Positions 20,075-30,569 of a stretch of DNA of 64,000 nt are shown here, piece by piece (the first letter of the stretch is position 1; every line of letters starts with the position of its first letter). A model generated the notes under the pieces. It was not told the origin of the DNA. It did not search any database and saw only the letters and a program-made list of their open reading frames with translations. This DNA comes from Pontiella sp. (GTDB taxonomy: Bacteria > Verrucomicrobiota > Kiritimatiellia > Kiritimatiellales > Pontiellaceae), in assembly GCA_050290185.1 (NCBI GenBank), contig JBNKHE010000009.1:64001-128000 (forward strand). The letters run 5' to 3'. The translations under genes and the position numbers were made by a program.

Positions 20075-21526
20075 ATGGCAAAGGCAGATATCGGATTGAT
20101 TGGTTTGGCGGTGATGGGCGAAAACCTCGTCCTCAATATGGAGAGCAAGGGATTCACGGTTGCGGTGTTTAACCGCACGGTGGAAAAGGTCGATAAGTTT
20201 GTTTCCGGGCGCGGTGCCGGAAAGAACTTTATCGGATGCCACAGTATCGAAGAACTGTGCGCCAGTCTGGAGCGTCCGCGCAAGGTAATGATGCTCGTCA
20301 AGGCAGGCCAGGCGGTCGACGACTTCATTGAAAAGACCATCCCGTACCTCGAAGAAGGCGACATTATTATCGACGGCGGCAACAGCCATTTCCCCGACAC
20401 GATCCGTCGTGCCCAATACGTCGAAAGCAAGGGCATGCTCTATATCGGAACCGGTGTCTCCGGTGGCGAAGAGGGCGCATTGACCGGCCCCTCCATCATG
20501 CCCGGCGGATCTCCGGCGGCATGGGACGCCGTGAAACCGATCTTTCAGAAGATTTCCGCACACACGGATGCCGGCGAGCCTTGCTGCGAATGGGTCGGCA
20601 AAGACGGCGCCGGCCACTTCGTTAAGATGGTGCACAACGGCATAGAGTATGGCGACATGCAGATGATCTGCGAAACCTACCAGATAATGAAGGAAGGCCT
20701 TGGCCTCTCGAACGCTGAGATGCACGAAGTCTTCGCACAATGGAACGAGGGCGAACTCGATTCCTATCTCATTGAAATCACCCGCGATATTCTCGGCTAC
20801 AAGTCCGAAGACGGCGAAGAGGTGATCGATCAGATTCTCGATACAGCCGGACAAAAGGGTACGGGCAAATGGACGGCCGTTTCTGCGCTGGATCTCGGCC
20901 AGCCCCTGACGCTCATCGGTGAAGCCGTCTTCGCCCGGTGTCTTTCGGCGCTTAAGGATGAACGGGTCGCGGCATCGAAGGTATTGAGCGGTCCAGCCGT
21001 TTCATTTGATGGCGATAAAGCGGCATTGATCGAGGATCTCAAGCAGGCTCTTTATGCGTCGAAGATTGTTTCCTATGCGCAGGGCTACCAGCTCATGCGG
21101 GAAGCGGCCAAGGAATATGACTGGAAGCTCAACAATGGTGAAATCGCGCTGATGTGGCGCGGTGGTTGCATCATCCGCTCGATTTTCCTCGGTAAGATCA
21201 AGAAAGCCTTCGATACCAACCCCGACCTGGTGAACCTGCTGCTCGATCCATTCTTCAAGAATGCAGTTGAGAATGCACAGGCGTCCTGGCGTCGCGTTAT
21301 TATGAAATCGGTTGAGCTGGGTATTCCGATGCCGACGATCAGCGCGGCTTTGGCCTATTACGACGGCTACCGCGCCGCCCGCTTGCCGGCCAACCTACTG
21401 CAGGCGCAGCGTGATTATTTCGGTGCGCATACCTACGAGCGTCTCGATAAGCCGCGCGGCGAGTTTTTCCACACCAATTGGACGGGTCGCGGTGGAAATA
21501 CTTCCGCTTCCACCTACATTGTTTAA
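20075..21526 (+). CDS. gnd: 6-phosphogluconate dehydrogenase (NADP, decarboxylating)
   Basis: [55 protein letters not shown]. Confidence 0.98.
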   Translation: MAKADIGLIGLAVMGENLVLNMESKGFTVAVFNRTVEKVDKFVSGRGAGKNFIGCHSIEELCASLERPRKVMMLVKAGQAVDDFIEKTIPYLEEGDIIIDGGNSHFPDTIRRAQYVESKGMLYIGTGVSGGEEGALTGPSIMPGGSPAAWDAVKPIFQKISAHTDAGEPCCEWVGKDGAGHFVKMVHNGIEYGDMQMICETYQIMKEGLGLSNAEMHEVFAQWNEGELDSYLIEITRDILGYKSEDGEEVIDQILDTAGQKGTGKWTAVSALDLGQPLTLIGEAVFARCLSALKDERVAASKVLSGPAVSFDGDKAALIEDLKQALYASKIVSYAQGYQLMREAAKEYDWKLNNGEIALMWRGGCIIRSIFLGKIKKAFDTNPDLVNLLLDPFFKNAVENAQASWRRVIMKSVELGIPMPTISAALAYYDGYRAARLPANLLQAQRDYFGAHTYERLDKPRGEFFHTNWTGRGGNTSASTYIV

Positions 21527-21545
21527 TTCAATATCGTCCGCCTTC

Positions 21546-21577
21546 CTCGTTATCGACCCCAATGGGTCGATAACGAG
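21546..21577. repeat. 14-bp perfect hairpin between gnd and the LarA-family gene
   Basis: CTCGTTATCGACCC-caat-GGGTCGATAACGAG, followed by ACGAG(TGCG) short repeats. Confidence 0.7.
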
Positions 21578-21601
21578 TGCGGGGACGAGTGCGAAGACGA
21601 G

Positions 21602-22888
21602 ATGATGATCAGTAGATTTGGCGAACAGATTTCCATTTCCGCAGACGAGTTGAAAGAACTCGTTATGCAGGTGCTGGCGCAGGCAGGTGAACTGAAGCGC
21701 GTACTGGTACTGCCGCCGGACCACACCCGCCTCAATTCAATGGCGGGGCCGATCACGGCCATGGTCTATGAAAAGCTGACCGCCGACGGAGTTGAGGTCG
21801 ATGTCTTGCCGACATTGGGTACCCATAACCCGATGACGGAGGCCCAACTGCGAATGATGTTCGGCGACTCGATTCCGCTTGACGTTTTCAAGGTGCACGA
21901 CTGGCGTAACGGAATCGTTCGCAAGGGCGTTGTTGAAGGCGAGATACTTGCCGAGCTTTCGGGAGGCAAGCTCGACTACTCGGTCGGAGTCGAAGTCAAT
22001 CAGATGCTGTTTGCCGACTATGATTTGATTCTTTCGGTGGGGCAGGTGGTTCCGCACGAAGTGGTAGGCATGGCCAACTACACGAAGAACATTGTGGTGG
22101 GTGCCGGCGGTTCGGACATCATCAATAAATCGCATTTTCTTGGTGCGGTGGCGGGCATTGAAAATATTCTCGGTCAAACCGATACGCCGGTGCGCCGGCT
22201 GTTCAATCATGCGGTTGAAACTTATCTTCCCGATTTGCCGATCACCTACATCCTAACAGTGATGGAGCAGGACTACACGACCCGCGAAATGCACATGCGC
22301 GGTTTCTATGCCGGCGAGGATATCTCCGTCTTTGAAGAGGCTTGCAAGCTGGCACGTGCCGTGAATATTACGCTGCTCGACCGCGAGCCGAAGAAGGTTG
22401 TGGTCTATCTCGACCCGCACGAGTTCCAGAGCACATGGCTCGGAAACAAATCGGTTTACCGTACCCGCATGGCGATCGCCGATGACGGAGAGCTGATCGT
22501 GCTGGCCCCTGCACTCAAAGAGTTTGGTGAAGATCCGACTATTGATCGACTAATCCGCAAGTTTGGCTACTGCGGAACCCCGGCCACGCTCAGGTTTGTC
22601 GAGGAAGATGAAGAACTGCGGAGTAATCTCGGTGCGGCGGCCCACCTGATTCATGGATCATCAGAAGGACGCTTCAAGATCACCTATTGCCCCGGTGAAA
22701 ATGGAGTGACGCTCGACGAGGTGCGCTCGGTGGGATTCGAAGCGGCGGCGTATGATGAAATGGCGGCGCGCTACAACCCGGAAACGCTCAAGGACGGCTT
22801 CAATACGATGCCCGATGGTGAGGAAATATTTTATATCAGCAATCCGGCCCTCGGACTTTGGGCCTATCAGGATAAGTTCAGTACATAG
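21602..22888 (+). CDS. LarA (lactate racemase) family nickel-pincer epimerase, probable mannonate/gluconate 2-epimerase (GntE-like)
   Basis: PPDHTR, LGTH.PM, HDWR, VVPHEVVGMANYTKN; hexuronate context. Confidence 0.8.
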   Translation: MMISRFGEQISISADELKELVMQVLAQAGELKRVLVLPPDHTRLNSMAGPITAMVYEKLTADGVEVDVLPTLGTHNPMTEAQLRMMFGDSIPLDVFKVHDWRNGIVRKGVVEGEILAELSGGKLDYSVGVEVNQMLFADYDLILSVGQVVPHEVVGMANYTKNIVVGAGGSDIINKSHFLGAVAGIENILGQTDTPVRRLFNHAVETYLPDLPITYILTVMEQDYTTREMHMRGFYAGEDISVFEEACKLARAVNITLLDREPKKVVVYLDPHEFQSTWLGNKSVYRTRMAIADDGELIVLAPALKEFGEDPTIDRLIRKFGYCGTPATLRFVEEDEELRSNLGAAAHLIHGSSEGRFKITYCPGENGVTLDEVRSVGFEAAAYDEMAARYNPETLKDGFNTMPDGEEIFYISNPALGLWAYQDKFST

Positions 22889-22897
22889 GAGAACCAC

Positions 22898-24142
22898 ATG
22901 GCGATTGATCCAAAATATACATTGGGATGCGGGGACCGCTTCGGCCGTCAGGGTGAGGCACAGTTGAAAGCCTATATCGAAGCCGGTAAACGTGGGATCA
23001 TGGTCTGTCCGGTCTGGAATAAATCGCATCGTGAACACATGACGGTTCACACCGCCCCGCAATCAGTGCGGGCCAAAGCCGATGCCGCCGTCAAAGCGTT
23101 GGCATGGGAGCAGGATTACTATGTGGATGCGGACCATATTTCATTGAAGAATGTCGATGGGTTCATCAATGCATCGGACTTCTTTACGCTGGATGTAGCG
23201 GATTACATCGGGGAGGCTGCTGATCCCGGTTCCATTGAAGATTTTGTTGTGGCCATGACCGATCTGGTGGGTGAGATCAGGCTGCCGGGCGTGAATGAGC
23301 CGCTGCAGGTTTCTTCCGGGGATATCCGCACGATTGCGGAAAAATATCTTTTTGCGGTGCAGGAAGCCGGGCGCATTTACCGTCATATCGAAGAGAATAA
23401 AGACGGAAAATTTGAGGTGGAGGTTTCCATGGATGAAACCGATGATCCGCAGAGTCCGGTTGAAATGCTCTTCATTCTGTCGATGATTGCCCGCGAAGGG
23501 ATTCCGCTCGATACAATCGCCCCGAAGTTCAGCGGACGGTTCAACAAGGGCGTCGACTATGTTGGTGATGTTGACCAGTTTGAAAAGGAATTCGAACAGG
23601 ATGTGGCGGCTTTGAAATTCGCTTCCGAAAAATTTGGATTGAAAGATAGCCTGCGCCTGAGCGTGCATTCCGGAAGCGACAAATTTTCGATCTATGCACC
23701 GATGAACCGTGTGATCAAGAGGTTTGGTGTAGGCCTGCACGTTAAGACGGCTGGTACCACCTGGCTCGAGGAGATGATCGGTCTGGCCGAAGCCGGCGGT
23801 GAAGGTCTGAATGTGGCGAAAAAAATCTATGCAGGAGCCCTCAACCGTTATGATGAACTGGCTGCTCCCTATGCCACCGTCATCGATATCGATCCCGATC
23901 AGCTTCCTTCGATTGAAACGGTCGAAGGTTGGGACAGCGCCGCTTTCGCCAATGCCCTGCGCCATGAACTGGACTGCCCGGAATACAACCCGAGCTTCCG
24001 CCAGCTGATCCACGTCGCCTACAAGGTGGCCTATGAGTTGGGTGACGAGTATTATAAGGCGCTGGAGGATTTTTCGGAAATCATCGGGCGCAACGTCAAG
24101 AGAAACCTCCTCCACCGCCACATCATCCCTGTTTTTGGATAA
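22898..24142 (+). CDS. uxaE: Tagaturonate/fructuronate epimerase
   Basis: GCGDRFG, DADH, EVSMDET, APKFSG.F.KGVDY.GD, LSVHSGSDKFSIY, HVKTAGTTWLE. Confidence 0.92.
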   Translation: MAIDPKYTLGCGDRFGRQGEAQLKAYIEAGKRGIMVCPVWNKSHREHMTVHTAPQSVRAKADAAVKALAWEQDYYVDADHISLKNVDGFINASDFFTLDVADYIGEAADPGSIEDFVVAMTDLVGEIRLPGVNEPLQVSSGDIRTIAEKYLFAVQEAGRIYRHIEENKDGKFEVEVSMDETDDPQSPVEMLFILSMIAREGIPLDTIAPKFSGRFNKGVDYVGDVDQFEKEFEQDVAALKFASEKFGLKDSLRLSVHSGSDKFSIYAPMNRVIKRFGVGLHVKTAGTTWLEEMIGLAEAGGEGLNVAKKIYAGALNRYDELAAPYATVIDIDPDQLPSIETVEGWDSAAFANALRHELDCPEYNPSFRQLIHVAYKVAYELGDEYYKALEDFSEIIGRNVKRNLLHRHIIPVFG

Positions 24143-24162
24143 GCAATAAACGAGAGTTTGTA

Positions 24163-25569
24163 ATGAAGAAGTTCATGGATAAAGATTTTCTGCTTAAAAC
24201 CGGGACGGCGAAGAAACTTTACCACGATCATGCGGCTAAAATGCCGATCTATGATTACCACTGCCACTTGCCGCCGCAGGACATAGCGGAGGATAAGCAA
24301 TACGAAAACCTCGGTGAAATATGGCTGGGCGGCGACCACTACAAATGGCGTGCCATGCGCACCAACGGCGTGAACGAGGAGTTTTGTTCGGGTAGTGCTT
24401 CGTGGCGCGACAAGTTCCAGAAATGGGCTGAAACCGTGCCGCAGACGATCCGCAATCCGCTCTACCACTGGACGCATCTTGAATTGCAGCGCTATTTTGG
24501 AATCGATACGCTGTTGAGCCCGGCCACGGCGGATGCCATCTACGACGAATGCACCGCCAAGCTGCGAACACCGGAATATTCCGCACGCAACCTGATGCGC
24601 AAGATGAACGTCAAAGTGGTCTGTACGACGGACGATCCGACCGATTCGCTGGAATATCATAAACAGATTGCCGCCGATGGATTCGAGGTTAAAGTCTTGC
24701 CAACGTTTCGTCCTGACAAGGCCGCCAATCTGTCCGATCCCGTGGCGTATCAGAACTATATCCATGCACTTTCAACGGTATCGGGAATCGAAATCCGGGA
24801 CTTTGAATCGTTAGTGGACGCCATCGATAAGCGGCATGACTATTTCCACTCCGTCGGGTGCCGGTTGTCAGACCACGGTCTGGACTATGTACCGGTGGCG
24901 GATGCCACGGGAACCGAGCTGAATGATATTTTCCATAAAGCGATGAAGGGCAAGCATGTTTCGCAACATGAAGCCGACGCGTTCCTGCTGGCCTTTCTGC
25001 AGGAAGTTGGAATGATGAATCATCAGCGCGGCTGGGCGCAGCAGTTCCATGTCGGGGCGTTCCGTAACAACAGCAGCCGTCTGTACAAGGCACTGGGTCC
25101 GGATACCGGCTTTGATTCGATTGCCGATTACCAGCAAGGACCAGGGCTGGTCAAATTACTCGACCGGCTCGATAGCTCGAACCAGCTGGCAAAATCCATT
25201 CTCTATAACCTCAATCCGGCCGACAATGAACTGATGGCGACGATGATTGGAAACTATCAGGACGGCTCCTTCCCGGGTAAGATGCAGTTCGGTTCCGGCT
25301 GGTGGTTCCTGGACCAGAAGGATGGCATGGAGAAGCAGATGAATGCGCTCTCCGCGCTTGGCCTGCTCAGCCGGTTCGTGGGCATGCTGACTGATTCGCG
25401 CAGCTTCCTGTCGTATCCACGTCACGAATATTTCCGCCGTATCCTTTGCAATCTGCTCGGTAACGATGTTGAAAATGGCGAAATCCCGCCGGACATGGAG
25501 TTGCTTGGCCAGATGGTTGAAAACATCTGCTACAACAACGCCGTCGATTATTTCGATGTTGAGGTGTAG
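24163..25569 (+). CDS. uxaC: Uronate isomerase
   Basis: DYHCHL, DHYKWRAMR, NPLYHWTHLEL, GSGWWFLDQ, GMLTDSRSFLSYPRHEYFRR. Confidence 0.98.
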   Translation: MKKFMDKDFLLKTGTAKKLYHDHAAKMPIYDYHCHLPPQDIAEDKQYENLGEIWLGGDHYKWRAMRTNGVNEEFCSGSASWRDKFQKWAETVPQTIRNPLYHWTHLELQRYFGIDTLLSPATADAIYDECTAKLRTPEYSARNLMRKMNVKVVCTTDDPTDSLEYHKQIAADGFEVKVLPTFRPDKAANLSDPVAYQNYIHALSTVSGIEIRDFESLVDAIDKRHDYFHSVGCRLSDHGLDYVPVADATGTELNDIFHKAMKGKHVSQHEADAFLLAFLQEVGMMNHQRGWAQQFHVGAFRNNSSRLYKALGPDTGFDSIADYQQGPGLVKLLDRLDSSNQLAKSILYNLNPADNELMATMIGNYQDGSFPGKMQFGSGWWFLDQKDGMEKQMNALSALGLLSRFVGMLTDSRSFLSYPRHEYFRRILCNLLGNDVENGEIPPDMELLGQMVENICYNNAVDYFDVEV

Positions 25570-25630
25570 CGGTTCCTGGGCTTCAGCGAGTGCTGCTCCG
25601 ATGGGTATTTTAACCGGTGATGGCTCTACG

Positions 25631-25891
25631 TCATTTCCGGTGGAATCTCGTCTTGAACCGTTCCCCCATGTGATGAACACGTTGGGTCAGATTCGGGAAC
25701 TTCAGGTGTATCCGGTCCCGGATGCGGCCGAATAGCGGAACGTGGTCGGCTAATAGAAATATTCCGATGACGATACTCAACAAGCCTTGGCCCGGTGTGA
25801 CCAGCATGATGATGCCGGTGAGGATAAAAAACCATCCCACGATGTGCTTGAGCACGAGCTTGGTATGCCTGTTCCAGATCAGCCGTTTCAT
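25631..25891 (-). CDS. Small membrane protein, PGPGW-domain family
   Basis: GIIMLVTPGQGLLSIVIG helix-turn-helix membrane motif. Confidence 0.65.
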   Translation of the reverse strand: MKRLIWNRHTKLVLKHIVGWFFILTGIIMLVTPGQGLLSIVIGIFLLADHVPLFGRIRDRIHLKFPNLTQRVHHMGERFKTRFHRK

Positions 25892-26123
25892 GATGAACCT
25901 GCGGTTCGGTTAATGGTTATTAGCTATTCCCGATCCAGGACCGATTGTTTTCCCAATAAAAATACGAATTAACTGATAGCAGCCGCAAAGCGGCATAAAA
26001 AGAAAACCACGAAATTGACAGGAAAGCACGACTCAAACCTCTACGTTTCGTTGCCGGACTTCCTCACCGCAGCCGCTGAAGGGGGGGGACAGCGGTGTGT
26101 TGCGGTGATTCCGTGGTTTGGAG

Positions 26124-27887
26124 TTAGAGACCCTCGAGCTCTTCCCAGCGTTCATAACATTTTTCGAGTTCATGGGGAATCGCTTCGGCGCGGGCGGTGG
26201 CCGAGGCGATTTCGTCCTTATTCTGCTGGTAGAAGGCAGGATCGGTCATGGCCTGCTGGAGATCTTCCAGTTCGGCTTCCAGCTGCTCGATACGGTGAGG
26301 GAGGTTCTTCAATTCCTCCCGTTCCTTGTTGGTCGGCTTTCGGGTGGACTTTTGTTTTGCTGGTTTGGGAGTTTCTTCCACCTGCTGAGTGCCTGGGGCT
26401 GCTTGTCTCTGCAGCAGCCAGTCATCGTAGCCGCCGGCGTATTCGCCGATCTGTCCGTTGCCCTCGAAAACCAGCGTGCTGGTCACGACATGGTTGAGGA
26501 AGGAGCGGTCATGGCTGACGAGCAGGAGCGTTCCTTCGTAGTTCGCCAGCAACTCTTCGAGCAGATCAAGCGTTTCCATATCGAGGTCGTTGGTCGGCTC
26601 GTCGAGCACCAGCACGTTCGCGGCTTTGGTAAAGAGCTTCGCCAGCAACAGTCGGTTGCGCTCGCCGCCGGAGAGTACAGTCACGGGCGAACGCGCCCGG
26701 TCCGGCGTGAAGAGGAAATCCTGCAGGTAGCCGAGCACGTGTTTCTTGCTTCCGCCGATGGTGATGAACTCTTCCATACTGACGTTTTCGGCGACGGTCT
26801 TGGTTTCGTCGAGCGTGGCGCGATGCTGGTCGAAATACGCGACCTCCAGCTTGGTGCCGTGATCCACCGATCCCGTTTTGGGGGTCAGTTGGCCGAGCAG
26901 TAGCTTGATTAACGTCGACTTGCCACAGCCGTTTGGGCCGATAATGCCAATCTTGTCGCCACGCATGATATTGGCACTGAAGTTCTCAATGATGGGGGAG
27001 CCATCGTAATTGTATGAAATCTGTTTCGCTGTGATGACCTTGCGGCCGGATTGTCCGGCTTCAACCAATTGCATATTGACCGAGCCCGTGCGTTCTCGGC
27101 GTTGGCTGCGGTCGTTTCGCATTTTTTCGAGTTCGCGTACACGGCCTTCATTGCGGGTGCGCCGCGCCTTGATGCCCTTGCGGATCCAGACCTCTTCCTG
27201 TGCCAGCTTCTTGTCGAACTGGGCCCATTGTTCCGCCTCACCGTCGAGCAGGGCTTCCTTCCGATTCAGGTAGGTGTCGTAGTCGCACGCCCACGAATGC
27301 AGTTTGCCGCGGTCGAGTTCGACGATGCGCGTGGCGAGCTTGCGCAGGAAGGTGCGGTCATGCGTCACAAACAGGATTGTGCCTTGGTAGCGGCCGAGGA
27401 AGTTTTCCAGCCACTGGATCGATTCGATATCCAGATGGTTGGTCGGCTCGTCCAACACGAGGATGTCCGGTTCGCAGACCAGCGCCCGTGCCAGCAGGAC
27501 GCGCCGCTTCTGTCCGCCCGAAAGCTCCTCGAAACGCCACTCGTTTTCCAGTCCAACCAGCGAGACCGCCTTGTCGACGAGCTGGTGTGAAACATAGTCG
27601 TCGTGCGGGTTTGCCAGCCCCTGGAACACCACCGCCTCGACGCTATCCGCCAGATCATGCGGTACGTTCTGCCGCAGTCGTCGCACCTTCAGTCCCGGCT
27701 GACGGATGATTTCTCCGGCATCGGGCTCGATGAAGCCGCTGACAATTTTCAGCAGCGTCGATTTTCCTTCTCCATTGCGGCCAACCAGGCAGATGCGTTC
27801 GCCGCGCTCGATCTGGAGCGTCGCGTCGTCCAGTAGCTGGGGACCGCCGAAAGCCTTGTGGATATTCTGTAAACTGAGTAATGCCAT
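26124..27887 (-). CDS. uup: ABC-F family ATPase Uup
   Basis: Two ABC domains (GRNGEGKST, LSGGQ, LDEPTNHLD; GPNGCGKST, LSGGE), EEVWIRKGIKARRTRNEGRVR linker, C-terminal coiled coil ending RWEELE. Confidence 0.93.
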   Translation of the reverse strand: MALLSLQNIHKAFGGPQLLDDATLQIERGERICLVGRNGEGKSTLLKIVSGFIEPDAGEIIRQPGLKVRRLRQNVPHDLADSVEAVVFQGLANPHDDYVSHQLVDKAVSLVGLENEWRFEELSGGQKRRVLLARALVCEPDILVLDEPTNHLDIESIQWLENFLGRYQGTILFVTHDRTFLRKLATRIVELDRGKLHSWACDYDTYLNRKEALLDGEAEQWAQFDKKLAQEEVWIRKGIKARRTRNEGRVRELEKMRNDRSQRRERTGSVNMQLVEAGQSGRKVITAKQISYNYDGSPIIENFSANIMRGDKIGIIGPNGCGKSTLIKLLLGQLTPKTGSVDHGTKLEVAYFDQHRATLDETKTVAENVSMEEFITIGGSKKHVLGYLQDFLFTPDRARSPVTVLSGGERNRLLLAKLFTKAANVLVLDEPTNDLDMETLDLLEELLANYEGTLLLVSHDRSFLNHVVTSTLVFEGNGQIGEYAGGYDDWLLQRQAAPGTQQVEETPKPAKQKSTRKPTNKEREELKNLPHRIEQLEAELEDLQQAMTDPAFYQQNKDEIASATARAEAIPHELEKCYERWEELEGL

Positions 27888-28031
27888 TTTAGTTATTGAA
27901 TGATGGGTGTTGTTTGACAGGGGTTGCCAGTACTGCGTCCCAACAACTATCAACGAACACTCGTCAACTCCTTCTGCGGAGCAGAAGCGCGCATTCTCCA
28001 GATTTTATCCGCGATGGAAAGGAAGAAAGTT

Positions 28032-28054
28032 TATAGTTCCGCCTTTAGGCGGCT
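28032..28054 (+). repeat. REP-like palindromic element (family 1)
   Basis: TATAGTTCCGCCTTTAGGCGGCT; 22/23 identical to the copy at 48855. Confidence 0.7.
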
Positions 28055-28072
28055 CTGCGGTATAAGTTGCGC

Positions 28073-28576
28073 ATGGCCATAGAGAAATACAGGTTGCCGT
28101 TGATGGATGTGGAGAACGTGCTGCCGATCCTCAACAAGATCTCCATTCTGGGTGGGTTGGACGATAAACAGCTCTACACCGTGTTTCATCTACTGGAAGT
28201 GGAGCATTACCAAAAGGGTGAGTTCATTTTCCGGCAGGGTGATGCTCCCAGCCATATTCGCATTATCCGTTCGGGCCGGGTGCGGATGGTTGAAAACGTT
28301 GATGGCACGCCGATGGAACTAGTCGAATTTAAGACGGGCGACTGTTTTGGCGAGGTTTCGGTTCTGGCCATCCATCCACATACCGCCAGTGCCTTGGCCA
28401 TTGAAAAGACCGATCTGCTGGTGGTACCGCGTGATAAACTGTTCCATCTCTATCATTCCGATCCCCAACTCTTCGGCATGCTGATGATGAACATTGCCCG
28501 CGAGGCCTGTCGCCGGCTCAGCAAGACCGAAGACGTTATGCTCCACTATGCGCTGGAAGCAAAGCCGGGGCAGTAG
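28073..28576 (+). CDS. Stand-alone cyclic-nucleotide-binding domain protein
   Basis: IFRQGD, IIRSGRV, GDCFGEVS, HTASALA; no HTH. Confidence 0.85.
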   Translation: MAIEKYRLPLMDVENVLPILNKISILGGLDDKQLYTVFHLLEVEHYQKGEFIFRQGDAPSHIRIIRSGRVRMVENVDGTPMELVEFKTGDCFGEVSVLAIHPHTASALAIEKTDLLVVPRDKLFHLYHSDPQLFGMLMMNIAREACRRLSKTEDVMLHYALEAKPGQ

Positions 28577-28833
28577 GGCGTTAACAGAAGAGCGCAAAGG
28601 GCTCGTTTTCGCCGTTTTAGCGCTGATGCCGCTATTCGGTTGGTTTTATCATTTTCCTTGGGCAACCGGGCCGGCTGCGATACGTACCACCCGCTGTTGG
28701 CCTGCAACGGAAAAAATTAAAACCGTGCAGTAATTGGTCTGAATTGGGTTTGTAAACCGTCTGGGACGATCTTTGCATTGTCCTATTCTTGCCAGGCGGA
28801 TCAAACGAAGGTCGTCCCGCCAAAGACGGATCG

Positions 28834-29697
28834 CTAGATATCAATGCCGATGAACTTCCTGAGCACCATGCCGATCAGAAAACTGATGGCCGATACGCCC
28901 AGGCTAAGCCCTGCCATTTCGAGGAAACGCTTTTTGAACGAGACCTCCTGCACGACGGAGATGTAGTAGTTGAATGCGGCGACGATCACCAAACCTATCG
29001 AAAGCGTGATGGCCAGGCAGAGGTAGTATGAGGAAAAGAGCAGGTAGGGGGCGATCAGCGAAACGACAGTAATCACATAGGCTGTGCCGGTGTAGACGGA
29101 AGCCTTGAGCGGGTTCTGGTCGGAGTTTTCCGATTTGGTGGACAGGTATTCGGACACGGCCATCGAGAGCGCGGCGGCGAGGCCGGTGATACTGCCGGTC
29201 AAAGCAATCAGCTTGGTGTTCTGGAGTGCCAGGGTAAGGCCGGCCAATGCCCCGGTGAGTTCGACGAGCGCATCGTTCAGTCCGAGCACGATCGAGCCCA
29301 CGTAGCGCAGGCGCTCCTCATCGAGCATCTCGATCAATTCCTGTTCGTGATCGTTTTCCTCGTCGATAATGTGGCCGATTTCCAACTCTTCGAGTACATG
29401 CCGGTAATTTTCCTGGGCGGCGTCCTCACCGGCCTCCATAAGCTTGATGGCAAAGGTGAATCCGAGCAGGCGACTGATCAGGTCATACTTGAGAATGGTC
29501 AGCCGGTGGGGGCCGATGTCCTTCCCGGTATGCACTTTCCACTCGTGGTAGTGGCGCAATTCATCTTTTGCGATCTGTTCGAGAATTCTGCGGTTCTTTT
29601 CATCCCTGGCCATACGGGCCAGCCGAAGATAGATATGGTTCTCGGTGATCTCGTTGCGCTGGAACAGCAGCAGTTTGTCAGATTGGTTCGCTTTCAT
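28834..29697 (-). CDS. Rubrerythrin/ferritin-like plus VIT1/CCC1 membrane protein (MbfA-like iron exporter)
   Basis: N-terminal E..E...Y, DELRH, ENDH ferritin-type ligands; VLGLNDALVE, ALSMAVSEYLS CCC1 motifs. Confidence 0.85.
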   Translation of the reverse strand: MKANQSDKLLLFQRNEITENHIYLRLARMARDEKNRRILEQIAKDELRHYHEWKVHTGKDIGPHRLTILKYDLISRLLGFTFAIKLMEAGEDAAQENYRHVLEELEIGHIIDEENDHEQELIEMLDEERLRYVGSIVLGLNDALVELTGALAGLTLALQNTKLIALTGSITGLAAALSMAVSEYLSTKSENSDQNPLKASVYTGTAYVITVVSLIAPYLLFSSYYLCLAITLSIGLVIVAAFNYYISVVQEVSFKKRFLEMAGLSLGVSAISFLIGMVLRKFIGIDI

Positions 29698-29763
29698 GCC
29701 ACTCTTCTATAAGAACCCGCCATAAGAATCAATATTGAGGACAGACAGGAAGGGCGCTGGCGA

Positions 29764-30486
29764 TTAAATGCCGCCGCCATTCTTGAAGTTGAGGTGCAGG
29801 CCGCATTCCTTGTGCTCGGTGCTTTCCCACCACCAGCGGCCGGCGCGCTCGTCCTCGCCCTCCTTGCAGGGGCGGGTACAGCAGGCGCAACCGATGGAGA
29901 GGTAGCCTTCGTCGTAGAGCCGGTTGTGCGGAACCTTGTGCTCCTCGACGTAGTACCAAAGATCGGACTTGGTCCAGTGGATGAGCGGGTTGATCTTGAC
30001 CAAGCCCGGATGGACCGGATCCTCTTCGATGATGTTGAGTCCCTGGCGGGTGTCGCTCTGGTCCATTCGTCGTCCGGTGATCCAGGCATTGTAGCCCTCG
30101 AGTGCGCGGCCGAGCGGCTCGACCTTGCGGATGCCGCAGCATTCCTTGCGGTTTTCGATACTTTCCTTGAAGGAAAACAAACCCTTCTCGGTTTCCAGCT
30201 TCTGGACGGCTTCAAATTTGGGGAAGATCCATTCGATGTTGATGCCGTACTTGCGGCGGATCGCTTCGGCGCATTCATAGGTCTCTTCCGGCAGTCGACC
30301 GGTATCCAGCGAAAAGACGCGAACGGGCTTGCCGACCTGATGGAGCATGTCCAGCAAGACCAGACCGCCCAGCTGGAGGCTGGTGGCCATGGTGATCTTG
30401 TTGCCAAAATGGTCGATGGCACGCGACAGTATCTCCAGTGAATCCTTCGGATCCACTCCTTCGAATATCTTTTCGTAATCAGTCAT
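29764..30486 (-). CDS. cysH: APS/PAPS reductase (Fe-S APS-type)
   Basis: LDTGRLP.ETY, ECCGIRKVEPL, SIGCACCT, RAGRWWWE, KECGLH. Confidence 0.95.
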   Translation of the reverse strand: MTDYEKIFEGVDPKDSLEILSRAIDHFGNKITMATSLQLGGLVLLDMLHQVGKPVRVFSLDTGRLPEETYECAEAIRRKYGINIEWIFPKFEAVQKLETEKGLFSFKESIENRKECCGIRKVEPLGRALEGYNAWITGRRMDQSDTRQGLNIIEEDPVHPGLVKINPLIHWTKSDLWYYVEEHKVPHNRLYDEGYLSIGCACCTRPCKEGEDERAGRWWWESTEHKECGLHLNFKNGGGI

Positions 30487-30489
30487 GGG

Positions 30490-30562
30490 ATAAACACGAA
30501 GGCTCCAAGTACGCCAAGTATTCAGCGTTGCGGTTCCTCGAGTCCTTTGTGCCTTAGTGTTT
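30490..30562. repeat. Imperfect intergenic inverted repeat
   Basis: AAACACGAAGGCTCCAAG ... CTTTGTGCCTTAGTGTTT between cysI and cysH. Confidence 0.45.
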
Positions 30563-30569
30563 CAAATTG

